Shown here: positions 36,362 through 51,757 of the stretch, piece by piece
Position numbering within the stretch: the stretch's first letter is position 1
Layout of the letters: the number at the start of each line of letters is the position of its first letter
DNA from: the human T2T-CHM13v2.0 reference genome, Homo sapiens
Length of the DNA: 64,000 bases
Strand: one strand, 5' to 3'
Assembly (NCBI RefSeq): GCF_009914755.1
Contig: NC_060931.1
Program-made: the position numbers and the translations under genes
The notes under the pieces: generated by a model
Database searches by the model: none
Told to the model about the DNA's origin: nothing
Seen by the model: only the letters and a program-made list of their open reading frames with translations

Positions 36362-37664
36362 CTAAGTAAACAAAGGAAACTTAGCACTCAACAGAATGAC
36401 ATATCATGGTTTCTTCTGAAATTAAAGAATAACCTGTATACTTGTACAATGAAAGGATTCCCATAAGTGGATATTTAACTGGAAAAAATGTTAAATCAAA
36501 ATTTCAAACCTCAGAGTGTAAATTCCCAAAAGTTAAAAAAATCTATTTGAAGACAATGAATCAATAGAAGTAAAAAATAAACCACTAGAGGATTTTTAAG
36601 ACTCTCAGAATTGACAAAGCCTTTCTCTGAATTACAAAAAACCCAGCGGCATAAAATATGAGATTGATACATTTGACTACATTTTTAAAATTTAAAAATT
36701 TTAAAATCTGGTATCTAACCTATACACCACCCCATTGTAAGACTCTTAGTTCTGCATTTATTTGGACTGAAGAAATTTCTCAAAGTTCTCTAAGTTCCTT
36801 TTTCCTGATAACGTTCTATAGATATTCTACTTTTCTAACAATTTTATTGTAAGTTATAAAGATTACACTTATTCATAAATGTTAAATCTAAGCATTGTAC
36901 ATTTCTACATTTTACACTTCTACATCTAAGCATTGCACTTTTACATACATTACTGAACTCATTTAAGGTCGCAATTCTGAAGAGGAGAGATTGAAATATA
37001 TGCAAGATGCAGGATTTTCCCCAGGTCTTCTGATTCTACTTCTAGTCCTCCTCCATCAAATTGCAGTTACTTCTGTGGTGTAAATATATAAATACAAAAG
37101 AAGCCTCTTATTTAAAAATACCAACGGTAAAATTTATAAAGATCTTCTTAAAAATCATGAGATTATTTGCTATTGTAATAACTTTTATTTCCTCTTTATA
37201 ATGTTTGAAACAATAATAAGTGTGAAATAGGGGGAAATACACTGAACTATTTTTCTAGAAACAAAACACTTACCAATAAATTATCACTAAATGTATATTA
37301 TTCTACGTCATTGTTTTCAAAGCCCTTTGCATTGAAATTAGATACTACTTGGAGAAAACTTTGAAGTTCTTCAAAAGTAAGAAGAATGACATCCACAATA
37401 TGGCCTCTAAACTGGCTATACATTTCCTCCTTATCTATCAGTGAAAATAATAAACTGACTTCTCCATTAATATTTTGAGAAGATAAAACAATGTCCGAAA
37501 ACTAGAACGTCTGTTGTTAGTACCAAAAATTTTGAGATTATGGAAAGATCATCAATTCTTATAAAAAATATCAAATGTTTCTTCTTTGGATTGAGGCCAT
37601 TGTGAATGTCACTACTTGACTGCTGCAGACTAATGGAGCTGAATTAAGAATATGGCTTTATCCT

Positions 37665-37726
37665 ACACACACACACACACACACACACACATGCATATTC
37701 TATATATAGATACACAAACACATAGG

Positions 37727-37762
<36 letters not shown>
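37665..37762. repeat. Facing (AC)13 and (TG)17 microsatellites
   Basis: (AC)n at 37665-37691 and (TG)n at 37728-37762, with a 36-bp spacer. Confidence 0.95.
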
Positions 37763-37767
<5 letters not shown>

Positions 37768-37863
37768 ATTTTAAAATCCTTTATATTTTCCAAGGTACAT
37801 AGAGTTGGTTTTTCAAATATATACACATACAAAAACATATTTGAAAATGACTAAAGAAAATAC

Positions 37864-37992
37864 CTCAGAATTCATTTTCTTTTGAGCCCCTTCGACCTCC
37901 TTTTGCTTACTGGTCAGAGTCTCATCTTGTAATATTCTGGCATTCTGCTCTTCAGAAAGTTGCTTGTGGGTATCGCTTCGCTTCTGCACAAC
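37864..37992 (-). pseudogene. CCDC144-like exon ([23 protein letters not shown]...KKMNSE)
   Basis: AG/GT boundaries, 129 bp, open frame. Confidence 0.88.
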
Positions 37993-38565
37993 CTAGACAT
38001 ACATTACATTTTTGGTCTAATAGCATTGAAAAAGAAAATCTAAAGGAACAGAACCTTTTTTGTAAAACTGTTAAAAAAAAAAAAAGTAGCCTATTGAAAC
38101 ACAAGGACTTTTATCCCTCAGGAATTACTCAAACTTTAATTGCATACATGACAGCTAAATTTCCCAAAGAGGAAAAACAGTTCTTACCTACAGAAAAATA
38201 CAGTATTGTGTAATAAAATTTCTTTCAAAACATGTAACTAGCTTTGTTATAGTCTCAAAGCTATAGAGCCTGTATTTTAACATAAAAATACACAAATATT
38301 TATGTGATTAAACTCAATTTATCCTCCATTCCTTCATTCAGAAAACATAAGAGATAGTTTGAGCATCTAAGACTGAACATCACAGGCAGAGATGCCAAGG
38401 TTTACAATAAATAGCTATAAATGTCATACTTCCTTTTTAAGATTAAATAACAGTCTTGGTATGTTTTGAAACTAAATTATGTACATTACATCAAAGGAAT
38501 ATTATAAGTAATATTGATGAACTATAAAGTTAGAAATATAAAGTTTTCACCAAAAATTAATTTAC

Positions 38566-38737
38566 CTGATCCAAATTCTTTCCTAATGTCCTCAATTCTG
38601 TGACCAGTGATTTCAGAGTCTGAGTTGCTGTTTCAACTTCTTTCCCACATTCCTTTTCTTTTCTTTTTAACTGTTCACTATCTTTTTTAGGCAACATATC
38701 AGCATTTCTTCCCTTTTCTTCTTCTTTTAAGGTCATT
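38566..38737 (-). pseudogene. CCDC144-like exon ([24 protein letters not shown]...LGKNLDQ)
   Basis: AG/GT boundaries, 172 bp, open frame. Confidence 0.88.
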
Positions 38738-39046
38738 CTACAGTAAAACATATTAAAATTTGTCTTCTTAGAAAATAAAAAGTTTATTTTGTTATCTGGC
38801 TCTTCCTACCCAGTGTTTATTATTCAAATAAAATTTCTATGTTCTTGACTATTTTTCCTTTCTAGTTCTCATGTTTTTAATTTCTCACTTCAGTCTCTTC
38901 CAAGGGATAAATATACTTGAAAGGTAGTGAAGAAAAAACATCCTGCTAATTGGTGAGTTTCTGTTACTAGCAATTCTGATAAATGTTATGAAAAAGAATA
39001 TTAGAAATTATTTAGTATAGTTACACGTTGAAAATTACTTCTTTTT

Positions 39047-39368
<322 letters not shown>

Positions 39369-39504
39369 TCACACAGTCATAAGAACTCAATTAGGACAGA
39401 TCATTTCAAATTAACTAATTAAAAAGAACATACTACTTACAAACAACTTTGTAAATTCACTAGAAATAAATTTTAATTTTCATGAAATACTGCAGGTATC
39501 CCTA

Positions 39505-39882
<378 letters not shown>

Positions 39883-39928
39883 TTACTATAATCCAATACA
39901 AGGCAATGGGGTCTAATATCTGTTAATC

Positions 39929-40462
39929 CAGCTGTCCCTGGTCTTTTTGGCACCAGGGACTGATTTTGTGGAAGACAATTTTTCCATGGACCTGGGGGAG
40001 AGGGGGCTGGTTTAGGGATGATTCAAGCACATTACATTTATTGTGCACTTTATTTATATTATTATTACATTGTAATATATAATGAAATAATTATATAACT
40101 CACATGATGTAGAATCAGTGAAAGTCCTGAGCTTGTTTTCCTTCAACTAGACAGCTCCATCTGGGGGTGATGGGAGACAGGGACATATCATCAGGCATTA
40201 GATTCTCATAAGGAGAGCACAACCTAGATCTCCAATGTGTGCAGCTTACAGTAGGATGTGGTTCACGCTCCTATGAGAATCTAATGGTGCTGTTGACCTA
40301 ACAGGAGGCAGGGGTCAGGTGGTAATGTAAGTGATGGGGGGCGGCTGTAAATACAGATGAAGCTTTGCTTGCTCACTTGCCGCTCACCTCCTGCTGTGTG
40401 GTCTGGTTCCTAATAGGCCATGGACTGGTACCGGTCCATGGCCTGGGGGTTGGGGACCCTTG
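39929..40462. mobile_element. MER1A-like hAT/Charlie non-autonomous DNA transposon
   Basis: ~530 bp; cagctgtccc...ggggacccttg ends; 8-bp TSD tgttaatc / tgttaacc. Confidence 0.88.
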
Positions 40463-40525
40463 TGTTAACCAATACTTTTTATGTTTATTTTTTGGTAACA
40501 CTTTCCACTTATCTTCTTGATTCTT

Positions 40526-40596
40526 GGATCAAATGATCCACCCACCTCAGCCTCCCAAAGTGCTGGGATTACAGACATGAGCCACTGCACATGGCC
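40526..40596 (-). mobile_element. Truncated Alu fragment at the CCDC144-like / FKBP9P1 junction
   Basis: Only the first ~70 nt of an Alu (antisense); no remainder and no TSD. Confidence 0.85.
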
Positions 40597-41372
40597 AACA
40601 TTTGCTTTTTAACAGCAACTGTATGTATATATAATACATTTATTTTATGTATATTAATATATATTAAAATAATTGCTTTTAAATATATAATTGCACTACA
40701 CACACACACAGTTTCTCTATACATGTGCCAGTAATTCTCCATTTGCTCCCACCCACCCCATCCCTACCTCAGATTCATTCTCCACCTTTCTCTGCACCCA
40801 AGAGGCTGACCTCTGAGAACTCCAGTCTCTGAGCTCCTCTTACCCTCTGGCTTCCAACATGGTTCCACTAATGGGAGCCAGTGGCAGGCATCAGAGAATG
40901 GGGGCACAGAGGGGATGGGGCATTTGTCCCTCGCTCTGCTGCAGTGTCAGCCGTACTGTCAGATGCAGCTGGCTGCATCCCTCTGTGACGCCTCCAGGTA
41001 GCCCTTCCTGTGCTGCTCCCACTGCCTCCTCTTGAGCTCTCAGGCCCTGGTGGTAGCAGCCTCCTGCGGTGGCCAACACTGCTGTCACTGGCACTCAACA
41101 GCCTCAGTTCCCCCAGCCTCGCCCACACCCCTCTAAACAGTCCCTTCTTTAGCTGCTCTTCAGGAGTCCCAGAGGAGGGCCAGGACCCTGACTGACACTC
41201 CCTATAAGTAGAGTGTGCTCCCTCAGTAACTGCAGTGAAGTCCTGCTGTTTTCATCAAGGGGATTCTGACTGCACGGTGCATTCTCATAAGTCTTCAGCC
41301 TTCCAATAAAACATCAGAAAACCAGATAATATAATTCAACATTTTATATCAGAAAAGATCAGCTTTCCAACA

Positions 41373-41378
41373 TTTATT
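41373..41378 (-). promoter_or_regulatory. Polyadenylation signal AATAAA of FKBP9P1
   Basis: tttatt on the + strand at the end of the 3'UTR. Confidence 0.65.
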
Positions 41379-41844
41379 CCATGGAATGAGTGCACAGCAT
41401 TTTCATGAACTACCTCAGGGCTACATCAGTACAAAATAGTTTAAATTAGTAAAATAAAGTAGTTTCAAAGGGAAATCATTGATGACTTCAGGATAAGTGC
41501 CACCACCATTTGGGAACAGAGGATAGAAGGTAGCCATGTGGTTATTCCATGATGCAGGAATCAGGCCGGCAGGTGGACTGTCATTGCTGTCTTGCAGCAG
41601 CTGGCCTCTGCCTTCAGGGTACCACCGTCTCCAGGACACAAATGGGCAGCAGAAAAATGTCACCTTGTTGATGCTCAGCAGCTCATCTATTGGGACAAAA
41701 CTTCCATCTCGGCCAAGGGAAATACTCTGTTGAGTGACCAGCGGGGCCCAGCCCCCAGCCCTATTTATCTCATCAATATGGTTCAGGGAAGATAAAAAAG
41801 AGTGTTCTATGGGATAGAAAGGTGGGAATGACAAAAAACTAAGT

Positions 41845-42175
41845 GGCTAGGCATGGTGATTCATGCCTGTAATCCCAACACTTTGGGAGGCCGAGGTGGG
41901 CGGATCACGAGGTCGAGATTGAGACCATCCTGGCCAACACGGTGAAACCCCGTCTCTACCAAAAATACAAAAATTAGCGGGGCGTGGTGGTGCACACCTG
42001 TAGTCCTAGCTACTCAGGAGGCTGAGACAGGAGAATCGCTTGAATACGGGAGGCGGAGGCTGCAGTGAGCCGAGACAGTGCTGCAGTGAGCCGAGATGGC
42101 ACCACTGCACTCCAGCCTGGCGACAAACGGAGACTCTGCCTCCAAAAAAAAAAAAAAAAAAAAAAAGAAAGGAAA
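41845..42175 (+). mobile_element. Alu SINE in the FKBP9P1 3'UTR (antisense to the transcript)
   Basis: Full dimer with an internal tandem duplication of gctgcagtgagccgaga. Confidence 0.95.
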
Positions 42176-43427
42176 AGCTAAGCAGATGACTTATGTGGCA
42201 AATGAGGAATCAAATTCTCTATTTGTGGTCTGAGATGCCTTTTCCTGGCCCAGTTTTCTGTCCAAAAGGCTCTTTTAACCTCCAAGATATACACTATTAA
42301 TGGTAGGCCCATAGTGGGGCGGGGTGTGATGAGCTGGAAAAGCATGATGTGCGTGTGCGTGTGCGGGGGTGGGGTCATCATCAGAATTTGCACAGGCTGC
42401 TGGGAAGAGCCATGGCTGTCTGCTGGGAACTCTGCTGGGGCAAGCAAGCCCTTTGACTCTCCTGCCCATCTCAAGAATATTTCTAAAATGTTTTAACCAG
42501 CAAGTTAAAAAAAAATTTAACCCTCTTTATATAGATACCCTGGACACTTTTTCTTATGGTTCCTCCAAGATGATTATAACTTCCGTCTGACACTATATAT
42601 TCTTTTAATAACAAAATTTCCCAGAAGGTTCACAAATCATGGTTGGCAGTGCAGCCTTTTCAATACTGGACACATCCCATGCTAAGGCCCTCTGCACAGA
42701 TTTTGTTTACTATCACTGGCGATCAGCCTAAACTTCTCACCCCATATATCAACCCACCCCGATGTGTACACCAGGTACTATGTGACCCACCTACTACTGG
42801 CTAATGATGCAACTTCTGAAAGACCCTTGCACCCTCACTGCACGTTCTGCCACACAGTTGGCTTGGTGTCACGTACTCCCTGGCACCATCTGGTTCGTGC
42901 CAGGTTTAGAGTTCATCCTGTTTGGCTTCCTGGTCTTTGAGTTTAAATTCCTCGGCTGTGACCTTCCCATCTCCATTCCGGTCCTGGTTGGTGAACATAT
43001 TCTTCACAATCAGCTCAGCATCAAAGCCAGGAGCGAGTTTCCCTTTGCCAGATGCCACCTGGGCGTGAATGTACTCTGAGAACTGGAAAAGAAGGGGACA
43101 GGAAAGACCATGAGTTCAGCTGCCATGAACGCCAGGCCTGGGGCCAGAAACAGAGCAGTCTGGGGGTGACAGGGCTGGAACTTGAGTCTGGGCTACCAAC
43201 ACAGACAAGATCTTTTTGGCAGCTATATGACCTACGATCTGTGTTTTGTTTTGTTTTTTTCTCTAAATGCAGGTGAAAAACCCTTGTACTAAATGACTCC
43301 CAGAGCCCTTATTACTCAGGTAGCCAATACCCAGCAGCCGTCAGAGCTATCCCTTCTCCCAACTCGGTTCCCCACCAAAGGCTGACCCCCATGACCACCC
43401 AAGACTGTAAGAACATTCTTGGATGCA

Positions 43428-44900
43428 TGCATTCATTCATATGATCAAAACATATGGTCTACTATGTGCTGAGCACACTGTTCTAGATCTTGAAATATAT
43501 CAATACACAAACAAACAAACACCCTGCCCCTGTGATGCTTGCATTCTAGTGGAAACAGACAATTAGACATGAACATAAGAATAGGTAAATTACACATTAA
43601 GTTACAAAGTGAAATGCTCCAGAAAAAAATCAAAAAGCGGAGCTCAGTAAGGAAGGGAGAAAGGGATGAAGTGTTGAATTCAGTGGTCAGGATAAAACTT
43701 TAAGGAGAAGGGAAGATTTGTGCAAAGGCTTGAAAGATGAGAAGGAAAGGGCCGAACAAGTTATCTGGGGTAGATGTCTCCTGAGCAGAGATGGCAGCCG
43801 GTGCCAGGGCTCAAGGTGGACGCATGCCTGGGTGGTCACAGACAGCACTGGAGGTTGGTGTGGCCGGGTAAAGTGGGCAGAGGGAGACAGCCGGCAAAGA
43901 GGTTACAGCGAGCAGAAAGTGCAGGGTCTTCACAGGCCACTGTGAGGCCCTGTAGACAGGGGCCTCTGCAGGTCTGACCCAGCTTCTGTGTGAGAACGGC
44001 CACTGTGAGGGCAGGAGGAGCTTCATGAACACCACTGCTGTGATGTGACCCGGGAAAGGGATGACAGGCCCCGGGCTAAGATGCTACAGGGTGGGGGTGG
44101 TAAGAAGTGTCAGGTTCTGCGTGTGCTCTCAAGGTAGAGCTGGAATGATTTCCTGAGGACCATTACGGCCTACGAGAGAAAGAGGAGTGAGAGATCACCG
44201 AGTGCTCTCGCCTGAGCCACTGGAGGCCAGTGATGCCACTGACTGCGACGGGAAAGGCTTTGGGTAAAGCAGGCCCCAAGCGGGGTGTGCGGGTGGATAG
44301 CAGGGGTTCCGTAAATGAGGACATCAAGCAGGCAGCTGAACACATGAGTGTGAAGTGGAGAGAGAAGACTGGACTGGAGCTACAAATCCAGACGCCATCA
44401 GGATATGGACCCGATAAGACCACGGAGCGAGTGACTTAAAGACAGAGAAAAGAACAGAGGTCAAGACTTAGCCCGGGGTACTCCAACATGAAGCGATCAG
44501 GGACAAGAGGCCTGAGAGGGACGTACCAGGGAGGTAGAAGGAACACCATGAAGTGTGGTGTCCTGGAAGCCAGAGAAAGATGCATCCTGTAGGGGAATCA
44601 GCTGTGTTGAAGTTAAGAGGAGCGTGAGAGCCGACCACTGGATTCCGCGATACGGAAGACATTGGCCACCCTGGCAAGGTCAGGCTCAGAGGCATAGAGG
44701 GACAAATGCCAGAAAGGAGTGGGTTTAGGAGAGAATGGGAGGAGAGGAATTGGAGGCAGAAAGGACACACAATTCTTTTGAAGTTTTTGCTGTAAAGGAA
44801 GGAAAGCAATGAAAGAAACAGACACATCCAGGGAAGGGAAAATAATAGCACATTTGTATGCAAATGAGAAAGATCCAGAAGTGCTGATGATGTGGAGAGA
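43428..44900 (-). mobile_element. LINE-2 (L2) 3' portion
   Basis: cattcattca...tactatgtgctgagcacactgttctag (reverse L2 tail) followed by purine-rich L2 body. Confidence 0.75.
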
Positions 44901-45034
44901 GAGAGGAAAAGGCTGGAGGATGCGCTTCAATAGCAGATGTGGAAGAGGCAGGGAGCTGGAATTCCCCAGGGGTGGGACAGAACAGACGGTTCTATTGCCC
45001 AGCTTCACAAAGAGGAGTGTGGTCCTGGCTCAAA

Positions 45035-45170
45035 CAACTGAGTAGCTGTGTGACCCTGGACAAGTCATTTACCTTCTCTGTGCAGTTTCTTCTAAAAAAC
45101 AGCTGCTGTGAGGGCCAAATCAGAGAATACACTCAGCACATACAGGCAGGCGTTGAGCACCCAGTAACGA
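45035..45170. mobile_element. MIR fragment
   Basis: agctgtgtgaccctggacaagtcatttaccttctctgtgcagtttc. Confidence 0.7.
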
Positions 45171-45428
45171 GAACTAAATGCAGACTGTGTGCGCTGGAAT
45201 CAAGCCCTACACCTCTTAGGGAATCGGTTTCTTCAGAGAGGAATGGTGAGCTTCCATCAAGAGGGTGTGTGTAAAAGCGCTTGGCACACAAGTGTGCTGG
45301 TCATCTCACAAGCCCTCCAGCCAGCTGGCCTCACCCTTAGAAGGCCTCACCTTCAGAACCGGCCCCACAGCCTCACCAGGCTCCCTGAGCTCTTCGGTCC
45401 CACCTTCCTACAGAGGCCAGTTAGTTAC

Positions 45429-45592
45429 CTCTTCCAGGAGGACTTCTCCGTTGCCATCCTTGTCAATTTCTTCAAAAAGGTTGGGTGACACCTCACCATT
45501 CCATATGAACATGTACCCCTCGGGAAGGCCAGCCACCAGCTCCAGCAGCTCAATGTCAAACACTAATACGGCACTGCCGGGCACTTCTCCAT
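45429..45592 (-). pseudogene. FKBP9P1: FKBP9P1 exon 9 equivalent (DGEVPGSAVLVFDIELLELV...IDKDGNGEVLLEE)
   Basis: AG/GT boundaries, open frame, EF-hand loop DKDGNGEV. Confidence 0.93.
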
Positions 45593-45816
45593 CTGTCCAG
45601 GTGACAGGAGCGGGAGGCGGTGTCAGCCGGCAGGCAGCAGTCAAGCCCAACAACCAGCACCCACCCCGACCTCCAGCAGCCTCACTCAGGGTGGGACTTC
45701 TGACCAAAGCAAGAAAGCGGAGCAGAGGCTAGTCACCTTCTCACTGTAGGCAGTGGCCCGTTAATGACTCACGAAATCAGTTTAGAGGGTGGTGACCAAT
45801 GTTTAGTTATTTTTTA

Positions 45817-46333
<517 letters not shown>

Positions 46334-46696
46334 AAAAAGAAAGAAAGAAATGTGTATATGTGTAACTTGTATGTTTATGTAGGATACAGATTGGGAAATA
46401 AAATGTATTTCTTACTGTGTGTCTTGTGGAAAAAAGTTTGAAAGCTGCTTGTAGAGACTACAATACAATGGTAAAACTTTTAAGTAAATCTAACAGCAGA
46501 ACTTTTAGAATCTGAACAATATGCCTGAAGATGATGATCCAAGATTTGACTGTAAGCACAAATTCAAGAATAGTGTATACAGTATAGGCCCAAAGAAGTT
46601 ATCTAAGTATGGACTATATAAAGGTAATGTGCATTATTCCAAATTATTATATTTTATCTAGATTATATGTTATATATAATATGCTATGTATTATAA

Positions 46697-47036
<340 letters not shown>

Positions 47037-47222
47037 AGAATATACAACAATTTTTAAAGGGTTTCTTCTGGGATTGGTAGGAAGAACAATGTACTTTACA
47101 ATTCTTTTATGGGGAAAAAATATCAATCCACAATGCCTATCATTGTTACCAGTTAGCTCTTCCTAGCTCCTCCATGTCCAGATATCAGCAGTGTGAAAAC
47201 ACTGAAAAGAAGCGGTTCCTGG

Positions 47223-47514
<292 letters not shown>

Positions 47515-48036
47515 TTATTGAATCCCCATGTGGAGGACACATTGTGGCTGAAATGATGGAGTAAAACATAACCACTGTGAGGATGAGGTAAAGCCAGTAT
47601 TTCAAGAACTTGCAACTAATCTCTCCCAAAGGAAACTGTCTTGGACAGCCTACAGGCTCAGAAGTGAAAAGCAACGGCCTACAGCATTCCACCTGTCCCA
47701 GGAAACAGTTCCAGAAGGACGTGCTCAGTCTGACCCCAGAGAAACCTCCCGGACAGCTCCCCTGGGGACACCTCCCACACATGGGTCTGAAGATCCAAGA
47801 TTTATTTCACTCAAACTGGTTCTTTCTCAAGAGGGTAATGGAGCATTGACGTGGCTCACTGAATTCACAGGCGTCTCCAAACAAAAATACTAAATAATTT
47901 TTAAAAAATAGAAACCACACACTCTGGGTATTACATGTAAGAAGCATGCTGTGATTCTAACTATGGCACCCCAAAAAGCACAAAATTCAGATAGTAAGCG
48001 GGCCCCCAACACCCTTGAATAGCGTTGCTTACTCAC

Positions 48037-48182
48037 CCACGCCAGCTTCCCCATAGCCCAGGTGAGGCGGAATGATCACTGTCCGTTTCTCGCCAACGCA
48101 CATCTCTCTGAGACCCATGTCCATCCCCAACACAACTTGCCCAGATCCCAGAACAATACTGTAAGTTTTGCCTAAATTCCAC
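48037..48182 (-). pseudogene. FKBP9P1: FKBP9P1 exon 8 equivalent ([48 protein letters not shown])
   Basis: AG/GT boundaries, open frame. Confidence 0.93.
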
Positions 48183-48247
48183 CTAAAATGAAACAGAAGA
48201 GCCTCATGTTAGGTCACCAACCCACTGGCACTGAGAGTGTTCCTATG

Positions 48248-48445
48248 AGAAGAACACATCACTCCTAGGGTATTTCTACCAAAGAAATGCAAATCCCTAT
48301 CTAATCATGAGGAAACATCAGACAAAAACAAATTGGGGCACATGCTGAAAAATGTCTGGCTGTCATCTTCAAAACTGTCAAGGCCATGAAAATCCAGGCA
48401 AGACTGTGGAAGTTCCAGAGTGGAGAAGCATAGTGGAATGGGGTC
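48248..48445 (+). mobile_element. L1MC-like 3' fragment
   Basis: ctaatcatgaggaaacatcagacaaa...ttcaaaactgtcaaggccatgaaa. Confidence 0.6.
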
Positions 48446-48449
48446 CTTT

Positions 48450-48560
48450 TTGCTTGAGCCCAGGAGGTGGAGGCTGCAGTGAGCCAAGATCGTGCCCCTG
48501 CACTCCAGCCTGGGAGACAGAGTGAGACCCTGTCTCAAAAACAAAAAACAAAACAAAAAA
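48450..48560 (+). mobile_element. Alu right-arm fragment
   Basis: tgcttgagcccaggaggtggaggctgcagtgagcc...A tail. Confidence 0.9.
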
Positions 48561-48564
48561 CCCT

Positions 48565-48765
48565 GGCTTTTGGATTCAGCAAGACCTGAGATGGATTCCT
48601 GGTTCTGCCACTTAATTTGACCCTGAGAAATGTAATCTCTCAGTTACTTTATCTATGAAACGGAGACAACAAATATAGCTATCTCACAGGGACATTTTAA
48701 GTCGCAAATAACATGTTATGCTTGGCACAGTGGAGAGGAAGTAAAAAGGGCTCAATAAATGTTTG
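48565..48765. mobile_element. MIR/L2 fragment
   Basis: agacctgagatggattcctggttctgccactta...ctcaataaatgtt. Confidence 0.6.
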
Positions 48766-50447
48766 GCCTTGAGGTGTAAAGTGTTTATGTCTGTAACAGT
48801 CTAAGACTAAAAAAAAAAAAAAAGACCACCAAGAGTTTAATTATCCTTGATGGCCATGGGCCTCAGGAAGCCAGTTAAAAAAAAGTTTGCTCTATCACTT
48901 CGGTCACTACTAAAAATAAATCTACTCCAAAATCTATGCCATTCCTATCACTTCCTAAAGGCAAACAGTGTTTATGTTCTTTACTCCAAGGAGAAAAGCC
49001 CCCTGACCCCCCTTGATGCCCATGAGCACTGGGGACAACATGGACGGGTGCCCCTTTGGGTCATATCCTCTTCTCAGGCTTCCCGACCTCCCCTGGGCCC
49101 AGGGCAGCCGCTTCTTTCCCTCCTCCAGCTGATTACCAGCAAACCAAGACAGGGTTTGTGTTTTCCCACCTGGGAGGAACCCAAAACAAAGCCAACTCAG
49201 GGATGGCTTTGGGGAGGGAGCCAACTCCCACTGCCTGCCTTTTTCTGGGGCTACTCCAGTTGCAAAGTCTTATGACAGAATATTCCAGAACTCAGTCATC
49301 CAGGAACGCATGTTTCTTCTTCCTCCTTGAGGCCAGTTTAAACACGCACGCGTAAGAAAATCCTCCAAGCAAACAATTTGTTGTCATGTGTCATCTCTGA
49401 ACACACCACTCATTCTTTTTCCTCGGGTCCTGTGATTTTCTTTCTTCTCTCTTGGGCAGTGTTTCTCTCATACACGGTCCTCACTCCCCCTGCATGCTTC
49501 CTGGCCCCATCCACCGCCGGCCTGCAGCTTCCTGCCTGCTTCACCCTCTCCGGCTCACTCCCACTCCTCTCCTCCCTTCTAGGCAGCAGCTGCTGCCTTA
49601 GTCCTGATGAATGGGGCCCAGCCCACACGGGGCTCTAGCTGGGACCAGATAGGCAGGTGCTGGCCAAGCTTTCCATTAGCCCACTATTCTGAAGCTCACA
49701 CCAGGAAGACACCAGCAGGGACGCCAGCCGCTACTCTTCTGCTGCAGATTTACATGTAATACAGAGGCTCTCAGAGTACAAAATGCACTTCCTGATAAGG
49801 AGCTCTGGCTCATGTGGCTCCTCAGTGCTCTGCCAGGATGTTATGAGTCCTCCAAACACAAGCAGGAGGCAGGGAGACTGACTCTCCCCGCCCCACGTGA
49901 GAAGCAGATCCTGGAGCCTCTGAGAAGGAATTCCTTTGTTCATTCCCCACACCCACTTCCCCTTTCCTCAGCCTCAGGATCAGCGGACAGGAATATGAAC
50001 ATCAGCAGGAGCAGTGACAGCAGCCACGGACCTTACAGACCCTTCTAACCTCATGGACCATTTTCACTCTTAGGAGCTCACTTGATCCACAAAAGCACTA
50101 CAAGCCATGCCCCTTCCCTGCTGCCCTGCCTCCCGCTAGCTTCCAATAGTCAGTGGTTGGGATTTCTTTGCAAGGTCTGTTGTAAGCCAGGTCCCTGTAC
50201 ATCTGGGCCCTGGAAGCCTAGCACATATTTCACTGATTCTAAAATGCTTATTTTTTCACAGTTTAACCTTTGTATAATTAGGATACATTTTATGACCGAC
50301 AGTATGTCATCAATTAGCGTTTTTACTTGGTCAGAGATACATGAAATGTTTCCATCACGCCCTTTAGAGTTGTTGAAATACATTAAATGCATTAGCATAC
50401 AGGATCCCATACCGAGAGGGAGAGCTCTGAAGAGTATATCCATAGGG

Positions 50448-50750
50448 TCTTTTCTTTTTCTTTCTTTTTGGAGACAGAGTCTCACTCTGTTGCTCAGGCT
50501 GCAGTGCAGCAGCGCTATCTCGGCTCACTACAACCTCTACCTCCCAGATTCAAGCGATTCTCCTGCCTCAGCCTCATGAGTAGCTGGTATTACATTTGCC
50601 CGCCACTATACCCGGCTAATTTTTGTATTTTTAGTAGAGACGGGGTTTCACCAAGTTAGCCAGGATGGTCTTGATCTCTTGACCTCGTGATCTGCCCACC
50701 TTGGCCTGCCAAAGTGCTAGGATTACAGGCATGAGCCACCGCACCCAGCC
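50448..50750 (-). mobile_element. Alu SINE
   Basis: Antisense full dimer. Confidence 0.95.
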
Positions 50751-50768
50751 TCTGTGCATCAATTTTTA

Positions 50769-51315
<547 letters not shown>

Positions 51316-51570
51316 ATAGCAGTTATACGATGAGATCTGCTTTTCAGAAAGACAATTTCATGGGGTGAAAAATGACCTGGAGCAGGGCAAGACCATCAAT
51401 AGGAAACTCTTAACACAATGCACCTGAGCAGTGATGCAGCCACGAGCTATGCAGTGGGGCAGCATGGAGATAAAAGCTCTCAACCAGCATCTACCCAAGA
51501 GAGGAGGATGGTGGGAGCATGCAACTGTCACCCTCCAGGCTCACTCCCACACTATTCTGGTTGCCCTTAC

Positions 51571-51757
51571 GTGGAGTCCAGCAGGGTCCCATCCAGAAGT
51601 GAGGCATTGTAGTGATATTTGAGGTAATCTCCCTTCTTACTCAGCACTGAGCAGTCGGGGGGTTTGTAGTGGGAGGTGATGCTGATGGAGTCCGAAGGGT
51701 TGTGGAAGTCGATCACATGGATGTCAAACACCAGCACAGCCAAGCTGGGGATATTCC
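51571..51757 (-). pseudogene. FKBP9P1: FKBP9P1 exon 7 equivalent (GNIPSLAVLVFDIHVIDFHNPSD...GTLLDST)
   Basis: AG/GT boundaries, open frame. Confidence 0.93.

Larger units (their letters stand above)
41340..43082 (-). pseudogene. FKBP9P1: FKBP9P1 last exon: coding part 42906-43082 (FSEYIHAQ...DRNGDGKVTAEEFKLKDQEAKQDEL*) and 3'UTR
   Basis: Acceptor at 43083-43084; TAA at 42906-42908; the exact 3' end is approximate. Confidence 0.9.
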
